A stretch of DNA of 64,000 nucleotides from Mycobacteriales bacterium (GTDB lineage: Bacteria > Actinomycetota > Actinomycetes > Mycobacteriales > QHCE01), in assembly GCA_013362805.1 (NCBI GenBank), contig JABFVL010000049.1, positions 692 to 64,691 of the forward strand, read 5' to 3'. Shown piece by piece: positions 47,835 through 58,703 of this stretch; the stretch's first letter is position 1; each line of letters starts with the position of its first letter. The translations under genes and the position numbers were made by a program. A model generated the notes under the pieces. That model did no database searches. It was given only the letters and a program-made list of their open reading frames with translations, and was not told where the DNA came from.

Positions 47835-48460
47835 TACGCACCTCTGGAGAAACACCGTCGCGAGAGCACCCGGAATTGGCGACGGCGGTTAGGTAAGTGA
47901 GGATCTGCCGGGAGCAACGCGGCCAGAGCAGCATTCGATGTGCTGGGGCTGACACTGGGATGAATCAAAAAACTCGCCAAGTGGCGGAGCACCAGCTCGG
48001 CATGGTCGGCATCTTTACCCGCCCGAAGCAGAGCCTTACGCACGGCCTCGTGTGCGGCCCGCCATCCAGCGGCATTGGTCTGTGCCTGGGCGAGCGCACC
48101 CAACTGTTCGGGTTCATGCTCGCGAAGTTGACGCAACAGTGGGTGCGTTGAAAGCACCATGCTTGCGTTGTCCAACGCCGCTTCGAGCGGAAGCGTGGCG
48201 CACGCATCGGCTATTTCACCAATCGCGGCGACCACCAAAGCGTTGAGCACTTCTTCTTTGGTGCGGAAGTGGTTGTAGAGGGTGCCTTTGGCGACTCCCG
48301 CTTCGCGAGCGAGTTCGGCCATCGCCATGCGGCGCACCCCACGGGCGGCGATGAGCACACTCGCGGCTTGCAGCACACGTTGCCGAGTGCCGGACATGGC
48401 GTTACCAGCGCGCACGCGAGTTCCAGCGCGAGCCCCAAGATCGGTAACCGCCGAGTTCAC
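47834..48460 (-). CDS. TetR/AcrR family transcriptional regulator
   Basis: The HTH is MAELAREAGVAKGTLYNHFRTKEEVL. The start may be the internal M at 48397. Confidence 0.85.
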   Translation of the reverse strand: MNSAVTDLGARAGTRVRAGNAMSGTRQRVLQAASVLIAARGVRRMAMAELAREAGVAKGTLYNHFRTKEEVLNALVVAAIGEIADACATLPLEAALDNASMVLSTHPLLRQLREHEPEQLGALAQAQTNAAGWRAAHEAVRKALLRAGKDADHAELVLRHLASFLIHPSVSPSTSNAALAALLPADPHLPNRRRQFRVLSRRCFSRGA

Positions 48461-48463
48461 TTA

Positions 48464-48787
48464 TTACTTGTCCTTCTTCGCCGTGTCCGCACCAGCTGGT
48501 GGAGCGGCTCGCAGTGCCCGGCGGCTCGCCGCGGCACCTGACTTGAATCGCACCTCGGCGTGCGCAAGCTCAGTGCCCACATCACGCATAAGGTCTGACA
48601 ACTCCATGCCCAAAGCTTCGCAAATTGATGCAAGTAGCTCTGAAGACGCCTCTTTCTGCCCGCGTTCTACCTCAGAAAGATAGCCCAAACTGACCTTGGC
48701 GGCGGCCGACACTTCGCGTAGTGTCCGACGTTGTGCGAGCCTCTTACTCCGCAACGTATCGCCGAGGATCTCTCGCAGCAGCACCAT
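48464..48787 (-). CDS. clgR: XRE-family HTH regulator ClgR
   Basis: 107 aa ([49 protein letters not shown]). Its position next to cinA-pgsA matches mycobacterial clgR. Confidence 0.85.
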   Translation of the reverse strand: MVLLREILGDTLRSKRLAQRRTLREVSAAAKVSLGYLSEVERGQKEASSELLASICEALGMELSDLMRDVGTELAHAEVRFKSGAAASRRALRAAPPAGADTAKKDK

Positions 48788-48897
48788 CGCGCAAACCCCT
48801 TATACGTGAAATTCCACGCACCGCGCAGGCGCATAGATATATGCGCCCACCGTACCGTGTCGAGATACTCCCGTGATGCCCACTACCAGAAGATGGC

Positions 48898-49362
48898 TTA
48901 ACCCAACGCGTCAAGCGCGTGGGCGAGGGCCGCACGAACCGCCGAACCGCGTACTTGATCGCGGTCGCCCGTCTCATGCATTCGATGCACGATGCTAGTG
49001 GCTGGGCCGACCACGGCAACATACGCCTCGCCGGGTGGATGCCCATCTTGCGACTGTGGCCCGGCCACTCCTGTGGTCGAGATACCCCAATCGGCGCCGC
49101 ATCGCTCCCGTGCCCCCTGAGCCATGGCCAGGGCGACATCGGGATCGACCGGGCCCCGCTCTGCGAGCAGGTCTGCGGGAACCAGAGCCAATGTGGCTTT
49201 CAGATCAGTGGCGTACACAATCAAGCCGCCACGAAAACTGTGACTGGCGCCTGGTACATCCACCATTGTGGCCGCTAGCAGACCGCCAGTGAGCGATTCC
49301 GCCACCGCGCAGCTTTGTCCCCGCTTACGCAATGCGGCCAACAGCAATGCGGCGTCGCTCAT
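48898..49362 (-). CDS. cinA: CinA family nicotinamide mononucleotide deamidase-related protein
   Basis: 154 aa with CAVAESLTGGLLA and a CinA C-terminal domain. The start overlaps the pgsA stop by 4 nt. Confidence 0.85.
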   Translation of the reverse strand: MSDAALLLAALRKRGQSCAVAESLTGGLLAATMVDVPGASHSFRGGLIVYATDLKATLALVPADLLAERGPVDPDVALAMAQGARERCGADWGISTTGVAGPQSQDGHPPGEAYVAVVGPATSIVHRMHETGDRDQVRGSAVRAALAHALDALG

Positions 49363-49958
49363 GCGGCATCGTTTTCTTCACGTGCCCCACGCCAGGCGCT
49401 GCGCACATAATCGAGGCCGCTCATCACAGTGGCTAGCAGTGCGGCCGTCAATAGGACCGGCGAGACCCGCTCCATAAACTCCCAATCCCAGGCATACCAA
49501 GGCGTCAAATACCAAGCGATGGTGACACCTTGCAGGACGGTCTTAATTTTTCCGCCCCGGCTCGCCGGAATGACCCCGCGACGAATGACCCACAACCGCA
49601 ACAAGGTGATGCCAAGCTCGCGGCCCAAAATAACGATCGTGACCCACCAGGGAATCATCCCCAAATAGGACAGACCCAGCCAGGCAGCTCCGGTCAATGC
49701 CTTATCCGCGATCGGATCCATCAGCTGACCAAACGGGGTAATCAGCTGATACGCGCGTGCGAGCACCCCGTCGAGATAGTCGGTGCCAAGCGCGGCTACA
49801 AACAACACCAGCGCGGCGCACCGCCACATGGTTTTGGAATCCGACACATCGGATTCGAGCAAAGCAAGCACAAAAACAGGGACCATTACCAAACGCAGCA
49901 AGGTCAACGCATTAGCGATATTCCACACTGACGCGCCCTTGGGAGCTGTCTCCACCAT
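49359..49958 (-). CDS. pgsA: CDP-diacylglycerol--glycerol-3-phosphate 3-phosphatidyltransferase
   Basis: The CDP-alcohol phosphatidyltransferase motif is DYLDGVLARAYQLITPFGQLMDPIADK. The protein is polytopic. Confidence 0.9.
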   Translation of the reverse strand: MVETAPKGASVWNIANALTLLRLVMVPVFVLALLESDVSDSKTMWRCAALVLFVAALGTDYLDGVLARAYQLITPFGQLMDPIADKALTGAAWLGLSYLGMIPWWVTIVILGRELGITLLRLWVIRRGVIPASRGGKIKTVLQGVTIAWYLTPWYAWDWEFMERVSPVLLTAALLATVMSGLDYVRSAWRGAREENDAA

Positions 49959-49981
49959 CGCCCCCTTCTGCCGCCTTGGAA

Positions 49982-51412
49982 CTACTCTTTTAGCACGCTG
50001 ACGAATTCCGCGACCAGATCCACGCCGTCGCTGGCGACGACCGTGGCGGTGACGAAATCACCCACCCGCACATCGGGGGCATCCACAATTGTGGTGATGC
50101 CGTCAACTTCGGGCGCCTGATGGGCCGCGCGCCCCTCAATTTGGTCGTCTTCTAGAGATTCAAACAGCACGGTCACGGTCTCCCCGACTCGATCTTCCGC
50201 CCGCTGGGCTGTCAGCTCCTCCACCAACCGGCTCAGGTGATCAAAGCGGGAGGTCACCACATCGGCAGGCACCTTGTCAGGCAAGTCAACGGCTTCAGTG
50301 CCATCTTCGTCGGAGTAGGCGAACAAACCGATTGTGTCGAGGCGTGCGCCAATGAGAAAACGTTCTAGTTCAGCGAAGTCGTGGTCGGTTTCACCAGGGA
50401 ATCCGACAATAAAGTTCGAACGAGCTCCGGCCTCGGGCGACAAAGCGCGTACCGATTCCAGCAATTCCCAGAATCGCTCCACCGAGCCAAAGCGACGCAT
50501 CCTGCGCAACACCGGTTCGCTGGCATGTTGGAACGAGAGGTCAAAATAGGGAACGACCCCGGGCGTGCTCGCCAATACTTTGACCAGACTGGGGCGCATC
50601 TCCGCTGGCTGCAAATACGAGGCACGAACCCGTTCGATGCCGGGCACTTGAGCTAGTTGCGGAAGCAGCTGCTCCAAAAGACGTGGGTCTCCCAGATCTT
50701 TTCCATATGAGGTCGAGTTCTCACTCACCAAGAAGAGCTCTTTGACGCCGTTTTCGGCGAGCCACTGCGCTTCAGCCAGTACATCTGCCGGTGGACGCGA
50801 CAGGAACGAGCCGCGGAAGGAAGGGATAGCACAGAACGTGCACCGACGGTCGCAACCGCTCGCCAATTTCAAGGGCGCCACCGGACCCTCGCCCAAACGA
50901 CGGCGCATAACGCGAGGTCCTGATGCCGGAGCTACCCCCTCGGGCAAATCCACGGTGTGATGGCCTGGAGTGGCGACCTTGCTGCTGTGTCGCTGCACCG
51001 GTGTGATGGGAAGTAATGTGCGGCGATCTTTGGGCGTGTGGGCGGTGTGCTTCTCGCCACGCAAGATGCCGTTTAGTCGGTCATCGATGCTGGCGTAGTC
51101 GTCAAAGCTCAGCACCGCGTCCGCTTCTGGCATGATTTCGGCGAGTTGCTCGCCATAGCGTTCGGCCATGCAGCCAACCGCCACGACTTTGGCCCCAGTG
51201 TCAGCGGCCTCAAGCAGCGTGTCCACGGACTCTTGTTTCGCCTGCTCGATGAATCCGCATGTGTTTACCAGCACTACGTCCGGGTTTTCATCGTCGAACT
51301 CCCAGCCGGCCTGGTTCAATCGTCCGGCCAGCTCCTCGGAATCCACATCATTACGGGTGCAGCCCAACGTCACCATAGAGACCCGACGCGAACTTTGAAC
51401 AGGAGCAGACAT
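49982..51412 (-). CDS. rimO: ribosomal protein S12 methylthiotransferase
   Basis: Start is the ATG at 51412 ([26 protein letters not shown]). The radical SAM motif is [11 protein letters not shown] and a TRAM domain is present. Confidence 0.9.
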   Translation of the reverse strand: MSAPVQSSRRVSMVTLGCTRNDVDSEELAGRLNQAGWEFDDENPDVVLVNTCGFIEQAKQESVDTLLEAADTGAKVVAVGCMAERYGEQLAEIMPEADAVLSFDDYASIDDRLNGILRGEKHTAHTPKDRRTLLPITPVQRHSSKVATPGHHTVDLPEGVAPASGPRVMRRRLGEGPVAPLKLASGCDRRCTFCAIPSFRGSFLSRPPADVLAEAQWLAENGVKELFLVSENSTSYGKDLGDPRLLEQLLPQLAQVPGIERVRASYLQPAEMRPSLVKVLASTPGVVPYFDLSFQHASEPVLRRMRRFGSVERFWELLESVRALSPEAGARSNFIVGFPGETDHDFAELERFLIGARLDTIGLFAYSDEDGTEAVDLPDKVPADVVTSRFDHLSRLVEELTAQRAEDRVGETVTVLFESLEDDQIEGRAAHQAPEVDGITTIVDAPDVRVGDFVTATVVASDGVDLVAEFVSVLKE

Positions 51413-51525
51413 ACCCACCAGCGTAACTTGACACCTGTTTCTCACTGGGCGGAGCCCGGCTTCCGCCATTTGGCTGGGACGGCCGGGAAACGAGTGGACA
51501 CTGGCGTTGCGGCGACAAGCTCGTG

Positions 51526-53937
51526 TTACTCACCAAGCGTTGCCAACACCGAATCCAATTCCTCGGGTTTCACCAGCACTTCCCGGGCTTTGGAGCCCTC
51601 TGATGGCCCGACCACGCCCCGGGTTTCCATCAGGTCCATCAACCGTCCGGCTTTGGCGAAACCGACCCTCAGCTTGCGTTGCAGCATGCTTGTGGAGCCG
51701 AATTGACTCGACACGACAAGCTCAACGGCCTGCCGAAGCACTTCGAGGTCATCGCCAATATCCGCGTCAATCTGCTTCTTCGCGGGGGCCGGCGCGGTGA
51801 CCTCCTCGCGGAACTCTGGTTCGCGCTGCCCCTTGCAGAACCGCACAATCTGGTCTATTTCCGGCTCCGTAACCCAAGCGCCCTGGATACGCGCGGCCTT
51901 ACCAGCACCCATCGGCAAGAACAGACCATCGCCACGACCAATAAGTTTTTCGGCGCCAGCCTGGTCAAGAATCACTCGTGAATCCGCCAGCGAGCTCGTC
52001 GCGAAGGCCAGACGGGAGGGCACGTTAGCTTTAATCAGACCTGTCACCACGTCAACAGAGGGACGCTGAGTCGCTAGAACCAAGTGAATTCCAGCAGCCC
52101 GGGCGAGCTGCGTGATACGCACTACCGCGTCTTCCACATCCCGTGGCGCCACCATCATCAAATCGGCCAACTCATCGACGATCACTAGCAGGTAGGGATA
52201 CGGCTTATAAACCCGTTCACTTCCAGGTGGGGCTTTGAGTTTTCCGGCGCGCACACGTTTGTTGAACTCATCAATGTGCCGCACACCAGCTGCGGCAAGG
52301 TCTTCATAACGCATGTCCATTTCGCGGACCACCCATGCCAAGGCGTCGGCAGCCTTTTTCGGGTTAGTAATGATGGGCGTCACCAGGTGCGGAATTCCTT
52401 CATACAAGGTCAACTCGACCCGTTTTGGATCCACCAGCACCATGCGTACCTGATCTGGGGTCGCTCGACTCAAGATGGACACCAGCAAGGTGTTGATGCA
52501 GCTCGACTTACCGGCTCCAGTCGCGCCGGCAATCAGAATATGCGGCATTTTAGCGAGGTTCGCGACGACGTAGCCGCCTTCGATGTCTTTACCCAGTCCC
52601 ACCAACAACGGATGGGAATCTTTCAAAGCGGGCTGTGACTTGAGCACATCGCCCAGAGAGACATTTTCACGGTCCGAATTTGGGATTTCGACGCCGACAG
52701 CGCTCTTGCCTGGAATTGGCGAAATGATGCGAATATCGGGGCTTTTAACGGCGTAAGCGATGTTGCGGGACAACGCGGTGATCCGTTCGACTTTCACCGC
52801 CGGGCCAAGCTCAATCTCATAGCGTGTCACCGTCGGGCCACGGGTAAATCCCGTCACCGCAGCGTCAACATCAAACTGTTCCAGCACATGCTGAACAGCA
52901 TCTATCACCACATCGTTAGCTTTACTCCGGCTGCGCGCTGGAGGACCCGAAGACAACATCGTCGCCGGCGGCAACCGGTAATCCCCTTCCGAGGCGGTAA
53001 GCGCCAACTGCTCAGCTTTCGTCGGAGCAGGACTGTGCTCAGGCGCGGGCCTGGGCGGTGGCACCGCCGCGGCAAATGGAACCGCCTTCGCCGACGCGGG
53101 CACCGGCTCTGGGTCGGGTTCCTCCATCTCGTGTTCGTACTCAACGTCCTGCTCGACCAACTGCGCTTGACGTCGACGCGATGGACGACGCAGCCGCACA
53201 GGCTCCACTTCGGTCATGTCCAGTTCGTCTTGCACAGGCCCAGTCGCATCGATCCGACCAAACGCCAAATCCCGCAGCCGGGCAAGTTTTACCGGAATCG
53301 AACTAATTGGAGTCGCGGTGACGACCAGCAATCCAAACATGGTGAGCAACAACAGAAACGGCACAGCCACCCATACGCTAACAATTTCCACCAATGGACC
53401 GGCTGTGTATCGACCGACGAAGCCAGAAGCGTACGCCCAGTCGTCGGCTCCTTCAGGCGCCGACCGCGCCACATGCACAATGCCCAGTAAACCAATACCC
53501 AGGCATACCGAGCCGACAAGAATTCGCCCTCTTTCGGACTCGTCACTGCCATGCCGCATCAAACGCACCGCGTACAAAGTAGACACCACCGGCACGAGCA
53601 GCACGGCTGAACCAATCGTGAACCGAAAACATATCCGCATCCACTCGCCCACTACTCCGGCACGATCGAACCAGAACGCGACGGTGGCCAGGAGCGCGAA
53701 GCCCAGGAGCGCCAGCGCGAGACCATCTCGTCGGTGAACAGCGTCAAGCTCACGGGCAGTGGCCGCTTGTCGGCCGACCGCCCGCGCCGCACCACCCACC
53801 CCTCGGGCGAGCAGCATCCAAAAGCCGCCGACGGCTCGGGTGACCATTCCCTTACCTGCCGGGCTTGCGGGACGGCGGGAGGGTGTCTTCCGAGACTTCG
53901 CGGCGGCGCGAGTTGTCGAAGCACCGCGACTAGCCAT
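51526..53937 (-). CDS. ftsK: DNA translocase FtsK
   Basis: 803 aa with N-terminal TM helices, a Pro-rich linker, Walker A (GATGAGKS) and a gamma domain ([21 protein letters not shown]). Confidence 0.95.
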   Translation of the reverse strand: MASRGASTTRAAAKSRKTPSRRPASPAGKGMVTRAVGGFWMLLARGVGGAARAVGRQAATARELDAVHRRDGLALALLGFALLATVAFWFDRAGVVGEWMRICFRFTIGSAVLLVPVVSTLYAVRLMRHGSDESERGRILVGSVCLGIGLLGIVHVARSAPEGADDWAYASGFVGRYTAGPLVEIVSVWVAVPFLLLLTMFGLLVVTATPISSIPVKLARLRDLAFGRIDATGPVQDELDMTEVEPVRLRRPSRRRQAQLVEQDVEYEHEMEEPDPEPVPASAKAVPFAAAVPPPRPAPEHSPAPTKAEQLALTASEGDYRLPPATMLSSGPPARSRSKANDVVIDAVQHVLEQFDVDAAVTGFTRGPTVTRYEIELGPAVKVERITALSRNIAYAVKSPDIRIISPIPGKSAVGVEIPNSDRENVSLGDVLKSQPALKDSHPLLVGLGKDIEGGYVVANLAKMPHILIAGATGAGKSSCINTLLVSILSRATPDQVRMVLVDPKRVELTLYEGIPHLVTPIITNPKKAADALAWVVREMDMRYEDLAAAGVRHIDEFNKRVRAGKLKAPPGSERVYKPYPYLLVIVDELADLMMVAPRDVEDAVVRITQLARAAGIHLVLATQRPSVDVVTGLIKANVPSRLAFATSSLADSRVILDQAGAEKLIGRGDGLFLPMGAGKAARIQGAWVTEPEIDQIVRFCKGQREPEFREEVTAPAPAKKQIDADIGDDLEVLRQAVELVVSSQFGSTSMLQRKLRVGFAKAGRLMDLMETRGVVGPSEGSKAREVLVKPEELDSVLATLGE

Positions 53938-54015
53938 GTCCCGAAATTAGCGTGTCAACACGCCATGAGGGCGCACCGCCACGCATTCACTGGTGAACCA
54001 GCGTGGAACCACGCA

Positions 54016-56016
54016 TTAAGAAAGCCGGAAATTCCATGAATTAATTGGCTCTTTCACCCATTTGCTTCCGCAGAAAAGTTGATCACCAGTGCCCGCGCAC
54101 GCGGAGTTTGGCAGCTTGTCGACCTGCGTCAGATACGCGGGCTCCGCGCCCTGCACTGGCGGGAAAACCTTTTTGCTGTCGGCAAAGTAACTGAATTTGC
54201 CGAGCTCTTCCAACAACACAGGTTTCTCGCCGCCTGGAGGAACAGCGACTATCGCGAGCTTTCCATCAGCCGCTGAACCAGAACCTACAATTAACGCCTC
54301 ATTGGTCTCCACCACAAACGCTGGAGCCTTGGCGCTGTATAGCTTTTTGGCTTGGGGGAAGGACAAAACGTCAAGCGCCGCTGTCGCCATGGGGCAGCTG
54401 TCAACCTGTGACGCGGCTTTCGCGCACCGCACCAATGCCATCCGATCACCGGAGCGCTCCACCATGATGGCTCCATCATGGTCAGCCAGGATGCGGCCGG
54501 TGGAGGAGTTGCGCAACTTGGACTTCTTGGTTTTCGTGTCAAATTCGCAGATCAGCCCGGCGCACACCGTGACCGAGGTGTTCTCGGTGATTTCTTCACG
54601 CCACTTGGGGGTCTGGTCTGGCTCAGCAGCGGTTACTTCGTGGCGCCCGGTCTTGCTGACCCGAAGAACGAAATCTCCTACCACGCCGACCACATCTGAA
54701 CTGTCGTCAGATTCGGTAATGAACTTGTTGTCATCGACTGTTCGAACCGCTAGGCCACCGCCCACCTTTGGCACCGCCACAAGCCGGTTACTGGCCTGAC
54801 GGTCCGACATGCCGGGGGTTGAAAAGCCAGACGGGGTGATCGCCAATGCCAGCAGGCCCGCACGCCCATATTCAGCTTCTAGCGCCGGGTCTGCACCTTC
54901 TTGCCACATTTCGGAGCCATCTTCCAACCTGATGGCGACTATGCGGGCTTGGTCTCCAGCGGGTTTGTCGTAGAACACCGCCACCTTGTCCGTGTAGCCG
55001 AGCAGGGATGTGAAACCCCATTGCTTGACCACCTGGCCGGTGCTGGCATTCAAAATGGCTGAGTTGCTGCCGCCCGAAATGATCGCTCGGCCGCCTGCGA
55101 CTACCAATGACGAGCCCTGCACACTTTGCGGACCCCATCGCACGGAACTGTCATAAATGCTGCGGCCTTGTGCGGAGCACTCGGTTAATCCGCCATTTCC
55201 GTCAGGAGTGCCCGCGCATTCAACACCGACCAAAAGATCGTCGAATGTTCGCAGACCCACGAGGGTCGATGATTCTTCACTCTGCCATTGCGCGGTCAGC
55301 GTGCCCTGAGCCAGCTCTTCATCTTCTACTGGCTTTTTTGAGGATCCAGGAACTAGCAGCATGCCGACGCATAACAGCAGAACAAGACCGACTACAGCAA
55401 AAGGCCACCATCCGAATTTGCCTTTTGGCACCAGCGCGGCAGGTAGAAACTTCGCCAGTGGACTTTGCTTCTTATCGGCCTGACCGGCGGAGGCGGGGGA
55501 AGAACCAGGAAACTGCGTCGGTGGCTGTTGCGGCCACATCGGTTGGCCGACTGGCGGCTGCGCTGAAAACTGTTGCGGACTATATGGGCCGGGCTGCTGC
55601 CCGAACACAGATGTTGGCGCCATTGGGTTTGGAGCAACGCCGGGTTGACCACCCGCCTGCAGCTGCGCCAGTAATGCCTGCTGGGTGGCCGCATTTTGTG
55701 CCGCCTGCTGCGCAGCGATAGCGGCGCTCTGAGCCGCGGCCTGAGCAGCCGCGGCCTGAGGGGCGTAAGCAGGTTGCGCAGCGGCGTTCGCGCGCGCCTG
55801 TTGGGCTATCGCACTTAAACTTGCCGCCTGTTGTGCGGCACGCTGAGCAGCGGAAATAGCTTCCCGAGTCGCCGTAATTTGCGCAGCGACACGTGGATTC
55901 ACGGCGGCCCCACCTTGGGCTCCGCCACGAAAATAGGGCTGAAATTCGCTGTTGTCCGGCTGACCCATGACACCCATTCCTGTCACCGAAACCAAGATTC
56001 TAAACGTGCTGCCCAA
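54016..56016 (-). CDS. single-pass membrane protein with Gln/Ala/Pro-rich cytoplasmic region and large Cys-containing ectodomain
   Basis: 666-aa ORF. The order is ~200 aa of low complexity (AAQAAAQSAAIAAQQAAQNAATQQALLAQLQ, PQQ-rich), a TM (WWPFAVVGLVLLLCVGMLLV), then ~440 aa rich in predicted beta strand. The start may be 55977 or 55968. Confidence 0.6.
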   Translation of the reverse strand: MGSTFRILVSVTGMGVMGQPDNSEFQPYFRGGAQGGAAVNPRVAAQITATREAISAAQRAAQQAASLSAIAQQARANAAAQPAYAPQAAAAQAAAQSAAIAAQQAAQNAATQQALLAQLQAGGQPGVAPNPMAPTSVFGQQPGPYSPQQFSAQPPVGQPMWPQQPPTQFPGSSPASAGQADKKQSPLAKFLPAALVPKGKFGWWPFAVVGLVLLLCVGMLLVPGSSKKPVEDEELAQGTLTAQWQSEESSTLVGLRTFDDLLVGVECAGTPDGNGGLTECSAQGRSIYDSSVRWGPQSVQGSSLVVAGGRAIISGGSNSAILNASTGQVVKQWGFTSLLGYTDKVAVFYDKPAGDQARIVAIRLEDGSEMWQEGADPALEAEYGRAGLLALAITPSGFSTPGMSDRQASNRLVAVPKVGGGLAVRTVDDNKFITESDDSSDVVGVVGDFVLRVSKTGRHEVTAAEPDQTPKWREEITENTSVTVCAGLICEFDTKTKKSKLRNSSTGRILADHDGAIMVERSGDRMALVRCAKAASQVDSCPMATAALDVLSFPQAKKLYSAKAPAFVVETNEALIVGSGSAADGKLAIVAVPPGGEKPVLLEELGKFSYFADSKKVFPPVQGAEPAYLTQVDKLPNSACAGTGDQLFCGSKWVKEPINSWNFRLS

Positions 56017-56056
56017 ATTGTGATCTACGTATTTCCACAGCCTGACACTGGGTCAT

Positions 56057-57742
56057 CTAGACGTGCAACACCACGGGGACAATCATGGGCCGGCGACGGT
56101 AGGTAGCGCTCACCCAACGCCCCAAGGCACGACGCATCACCTGTTCCAATTGTCGAGAATCGCTGACCCCGTCAGCGGTCGCTGTGGTGACGGCGTCCCG
56201 CAGTGCCGGAATCACTTCCTCGAGTGCGGTCGTTGTATCGGTAAACCCGCGCCCTGACACGTACGGTCCAGCGCTGATCTTGTGCGTGGTTTGGTCGATC
56301 ACCACTGTTGCCGATATGAAGCCCTCGTCGCCGAGAATTCTGCGTTCGGAAAGCACAGATTCTCCGATATCCCCCACTGCGAGCCCATCCACATATACAT
56401 ATCGGTTCGGCACTTGTCCCACAATGCGCGCTTTGCCATCTTGTAGATCTACTACGTCACCATCGGCCGCCAGAACAATGTTCTCCCGGGAAATGCCGGT
56501 GAGTTCCGCGAGACGACCATGTGCTTGCAAGTGTCGCCATTCCCCATGCACGGGCATATAGTTTCGCGGTTTGGTCGCGTTGATGAAATACAGCAGTTCA
56601 CCCGCGGGGGCATGGCCTGAAACGTGAACCATCGCGACTTCTTTGTGAATGACCGTGGCCCCGAGCCGAATGAGTCGGTTGATCACTCGGTAGACAGCGC
56701 TTTCGTTTCCAGGGACCAGACTGGAAGCCAAAACGATAGTGTCGCCGGGATCAATCTCGATTTGCCGGTGATCCCGATTGGCCATGCGACCCAAGGCACT
56801 CATCGGTTCGCCCTGGGACCCCGTGCTCATGAATACGACATCTTGGGGTGGCAAGTCGGCGGCCTGATCCATTGACACCAACAGGCCGTCGGGAATGTTG
56901 AGCAGTCCCAAGTCGTGGGCTACACCCATGTTCCGGACCATTGATCGTCCGACGAAAGCTACTTTCCGATTGTGCGCGGCGGCCGCGTCCAGCACTTGTT
57001 GCACACGATGTACATGGGACGCGAAGCTCGCAACGATGACGCGACGTTTGGCGTTGCGGAAGAGCTCGTTAAGCACGCCCCCGATTTGCCGTTCTGGTGT
57101 CACAAATCCGGGAACTTCGGCATTGGTGGAATCGGCAAGAACCAGGTCAAGCCCCTGCGCACCCAATCGGGCGAACCCGCCCAGATCGGTGAGTCGACCA
57201 TCCAAGGGAAGCTGATCCATTTTGAAATCACCGGTGTGAAGAACTATCCCGGCATCGGTTTTGATTGCCACAGCGAGGGCGTCAGGGATCGAGTGGTTGA
57301 CCGCGAAAAACTCACATTCGAAGGTGCCCAGTCGCTCGACCTGCCCCTCTTTAACGGTGAGGCTATATGGAGTGATGCCGTGTTCTTTGAGCTTGGCTTC
57401 CACCAAACCGAGTGTGAATCGACTTCCTACCAGTGGGATATCCGGCTTGAGCCGCAACAGATAAGGCACACCACCGATGTGGTCTTCGTGACCGTGGGTG
57501 AGAACCACGGCTTCAACATCGTCGAGCCGGTCCGCGATGGGTGAGAAGTCAGGCAAAATTAGGTCGATGCCTGGCTGGTCAGCTTCCGGAAAAAGCACTC
57601 CACAATCGACAATGAGCAATCGCCCAGCGTGCTCGAAGACCGTCATGTTTCGACCAATTGCACCCAGTCCCCCGAGCGGGATGATGCGCATTGCGCCTGG
57701 TTGCAGGGCTGGCGGGGTGTTCAACTGCGCTGGTGCGCTCAC
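56057..57742 (-). CDS. rnj: ribonuclease J
   Basis: I chose the GTG at 57742, which follows GGAGAA, giving 561 aa and removing the overlap with dapA. The metallo-beta-lactamase motif is HGHEDHIGG and a beta-CASP region is present. Confidence 0.9.
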   Translation of the reverse strand: MSAPAQLNTPPALQPGAMRIIPLGGLGAIGRNMTVFEHAGRLLIVDCGVLFPEADQPGIDLILPDFSPIADRLDDVEAVVLTHGHEDHIGGVPYLLRLKPDIPLVGSRFTLGLVEAKLKEHGITPYSLTVKEGQVERLGTFECEFFAVNHSIPDALAVAIKTDAGIVLHTGDFKMDQLPLDGRLTDLGGFARLGAQGLDLVLADSTNAEVPGFVTPERQIGGVLNELFRNAKRRVIVASFASHVHRVQQVLDAAAAHNRKVAFVGRSMVRNMGVAHDLGLLNIPDGLLVSMDQAADLPPQDVVFMSTGSQGEPMSALGRMANRDHRQIEIDPGDTIVLASSLVPGNESAVYRVINRLIRLGATVIHKEVAMVHVSGHAPAGELLYFINATKPRNYMPVHGEWRHLQAHGRLAELTGISRENIVLAADGDVVDLQDGKARIVGQVPNRYVYVDGLAVGDIGESVLSERRILGDEGFISATVVIDQTTHKISAGPYVSGRGFTDTTTALEEVIPALRDAVTTATADGVSDSRQLEQVMRRALGRWVSATYRRRPMIVPVVLHV

Positions 57743-57806
57743 GTAAGGGTTCTCCGTTTCGCGGTAGGTGCCGCAGATGCGGTGCGGCGATAATGCTGAA
57801 CCAAGA

Positions 57807-58703
57807 CTAAGCGACGGGCAATGCCACGCCGCCAGCGACGAGGTCAGCACGCAAAGTAACCATCTCGGCTTCGGTCGCATCAACGAGCGGAAGGCGCACC
57901 GGACCAGCGGGCAAACCTGCGGCGTTCAATGCCGCCTTCACTGTAATGACTCCCTGAGTGCGGAAGATGCCTTCATATACCGGAAGCAACTCGCGATGCG
58001 TCGCGGCGGCCTGGGCGACATCCCCGGCAAAGAAGGCCTCCCGCATCGTTTTTAGCTTGGCAGCGACAAGGTGAGCGGCGACACTGACGAATCCCACGGC
58101 TCCCACGGACAACCACGGCAGGTTTAGGGCATCATCGCCGCTGTAATACATCAGATCGGTACGAGCCATGACCCACGAACCGGCAACAAGGTCACCTTTC
58201 GCGTCTTTTACCGCGGCGATTCGTGGATGTTCAGCTAGCCGAACGAGCGTTTCCACATTGATCGGCACGCCCGACCGACCTGGAATGTCATAGAGCATGA
58301 TGGGCAGATCGGTGGCTTCGGCGACAGCGGTGAAGTGAGCCTGGAGACCAGTTTGTGGTGGCCGGTTGTAGTAAGGAGTAACAAGTAGCAGTCCGTGCGC
58401 ACCAGCTTTTTGGGCCGCCTGCGCCAATTCGATGGTGTGCTCAGTGTTATTACTTCCCGCGCCGGCGATGATGCGAGCTCTATCGCCCACCGCTTCGATA
58501 ACCGCGCGCAGCAGAGTTACCTTCTCAGTGTCCGATGTGGTTGGCGACTCTCCCGTTGTCCCGGAGATGACCAACGCATCGTTGCCTTGCCCCACGAGAT
58601 GGGTGGCGAGTTCTTGAGCGCCGGCGATGTCGAGCTCACCCGTTGATGTGAATGGGGTGATCATGGCCGTGGCTACCTGGCCAAACAAGCTGGTCTGCGT
58701 CAT
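57807..58703 (-). CDS. dapA: 4-hydroxy-tetrahydrodipicolinate synthase
   Basis: 298 aa with ITPFT...GTTGESPT and a DapA-family Lys region. Confidence 0.95.
   Translation of the reverse strand: MTQTSLFGQVATAMITPFTSTGELDIAGAQELATHLVGQGNDALVISGTTGESPTTSDTEKVTLLRAVIEAVGDRARIIAGAGSNNTEHTIELAQAAQKAGAHGLLLVTPYYNRPPQTGLQAHFTAVAEATDLPIMLYDIPGRSGVPINVETLVRLAEHPRIAAVKDAKGDLVAGSWVMARTDLMYYSGDDALNLPWLSVGAVGFVSVAAHLVAAKLKTMREAFFAGDVAQAAATHRELLPVYEGIFRTQGVITVKAALNAAGLPAGPVRLPLVDATEAEMVTLRADLVAGGVALPVA

Noticed and set aside
55400-55900. Apparent tandem-repeat DNA (gcagc/ctgc/gccgc periodicity)
   Set aside because: It is the coding sequence, on the - strand, for the Gln/Ala/Pro-rich low-complexity N-terminus of the 666-aa protein. 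There is no unit-length repeat or spacer structure, so it is not a CRISPR array or VNTR.
57743-57883. 47-codon 5' extension of the RNase J ORF overlapping the 3' end of dapA
   Set aside because: The GTG at 57742 has a GGAGAA RBS and gives the usual length of about 560 aa. The extension is Cys/Leu/Ser-rich and overlaps dapA by 77 nt.
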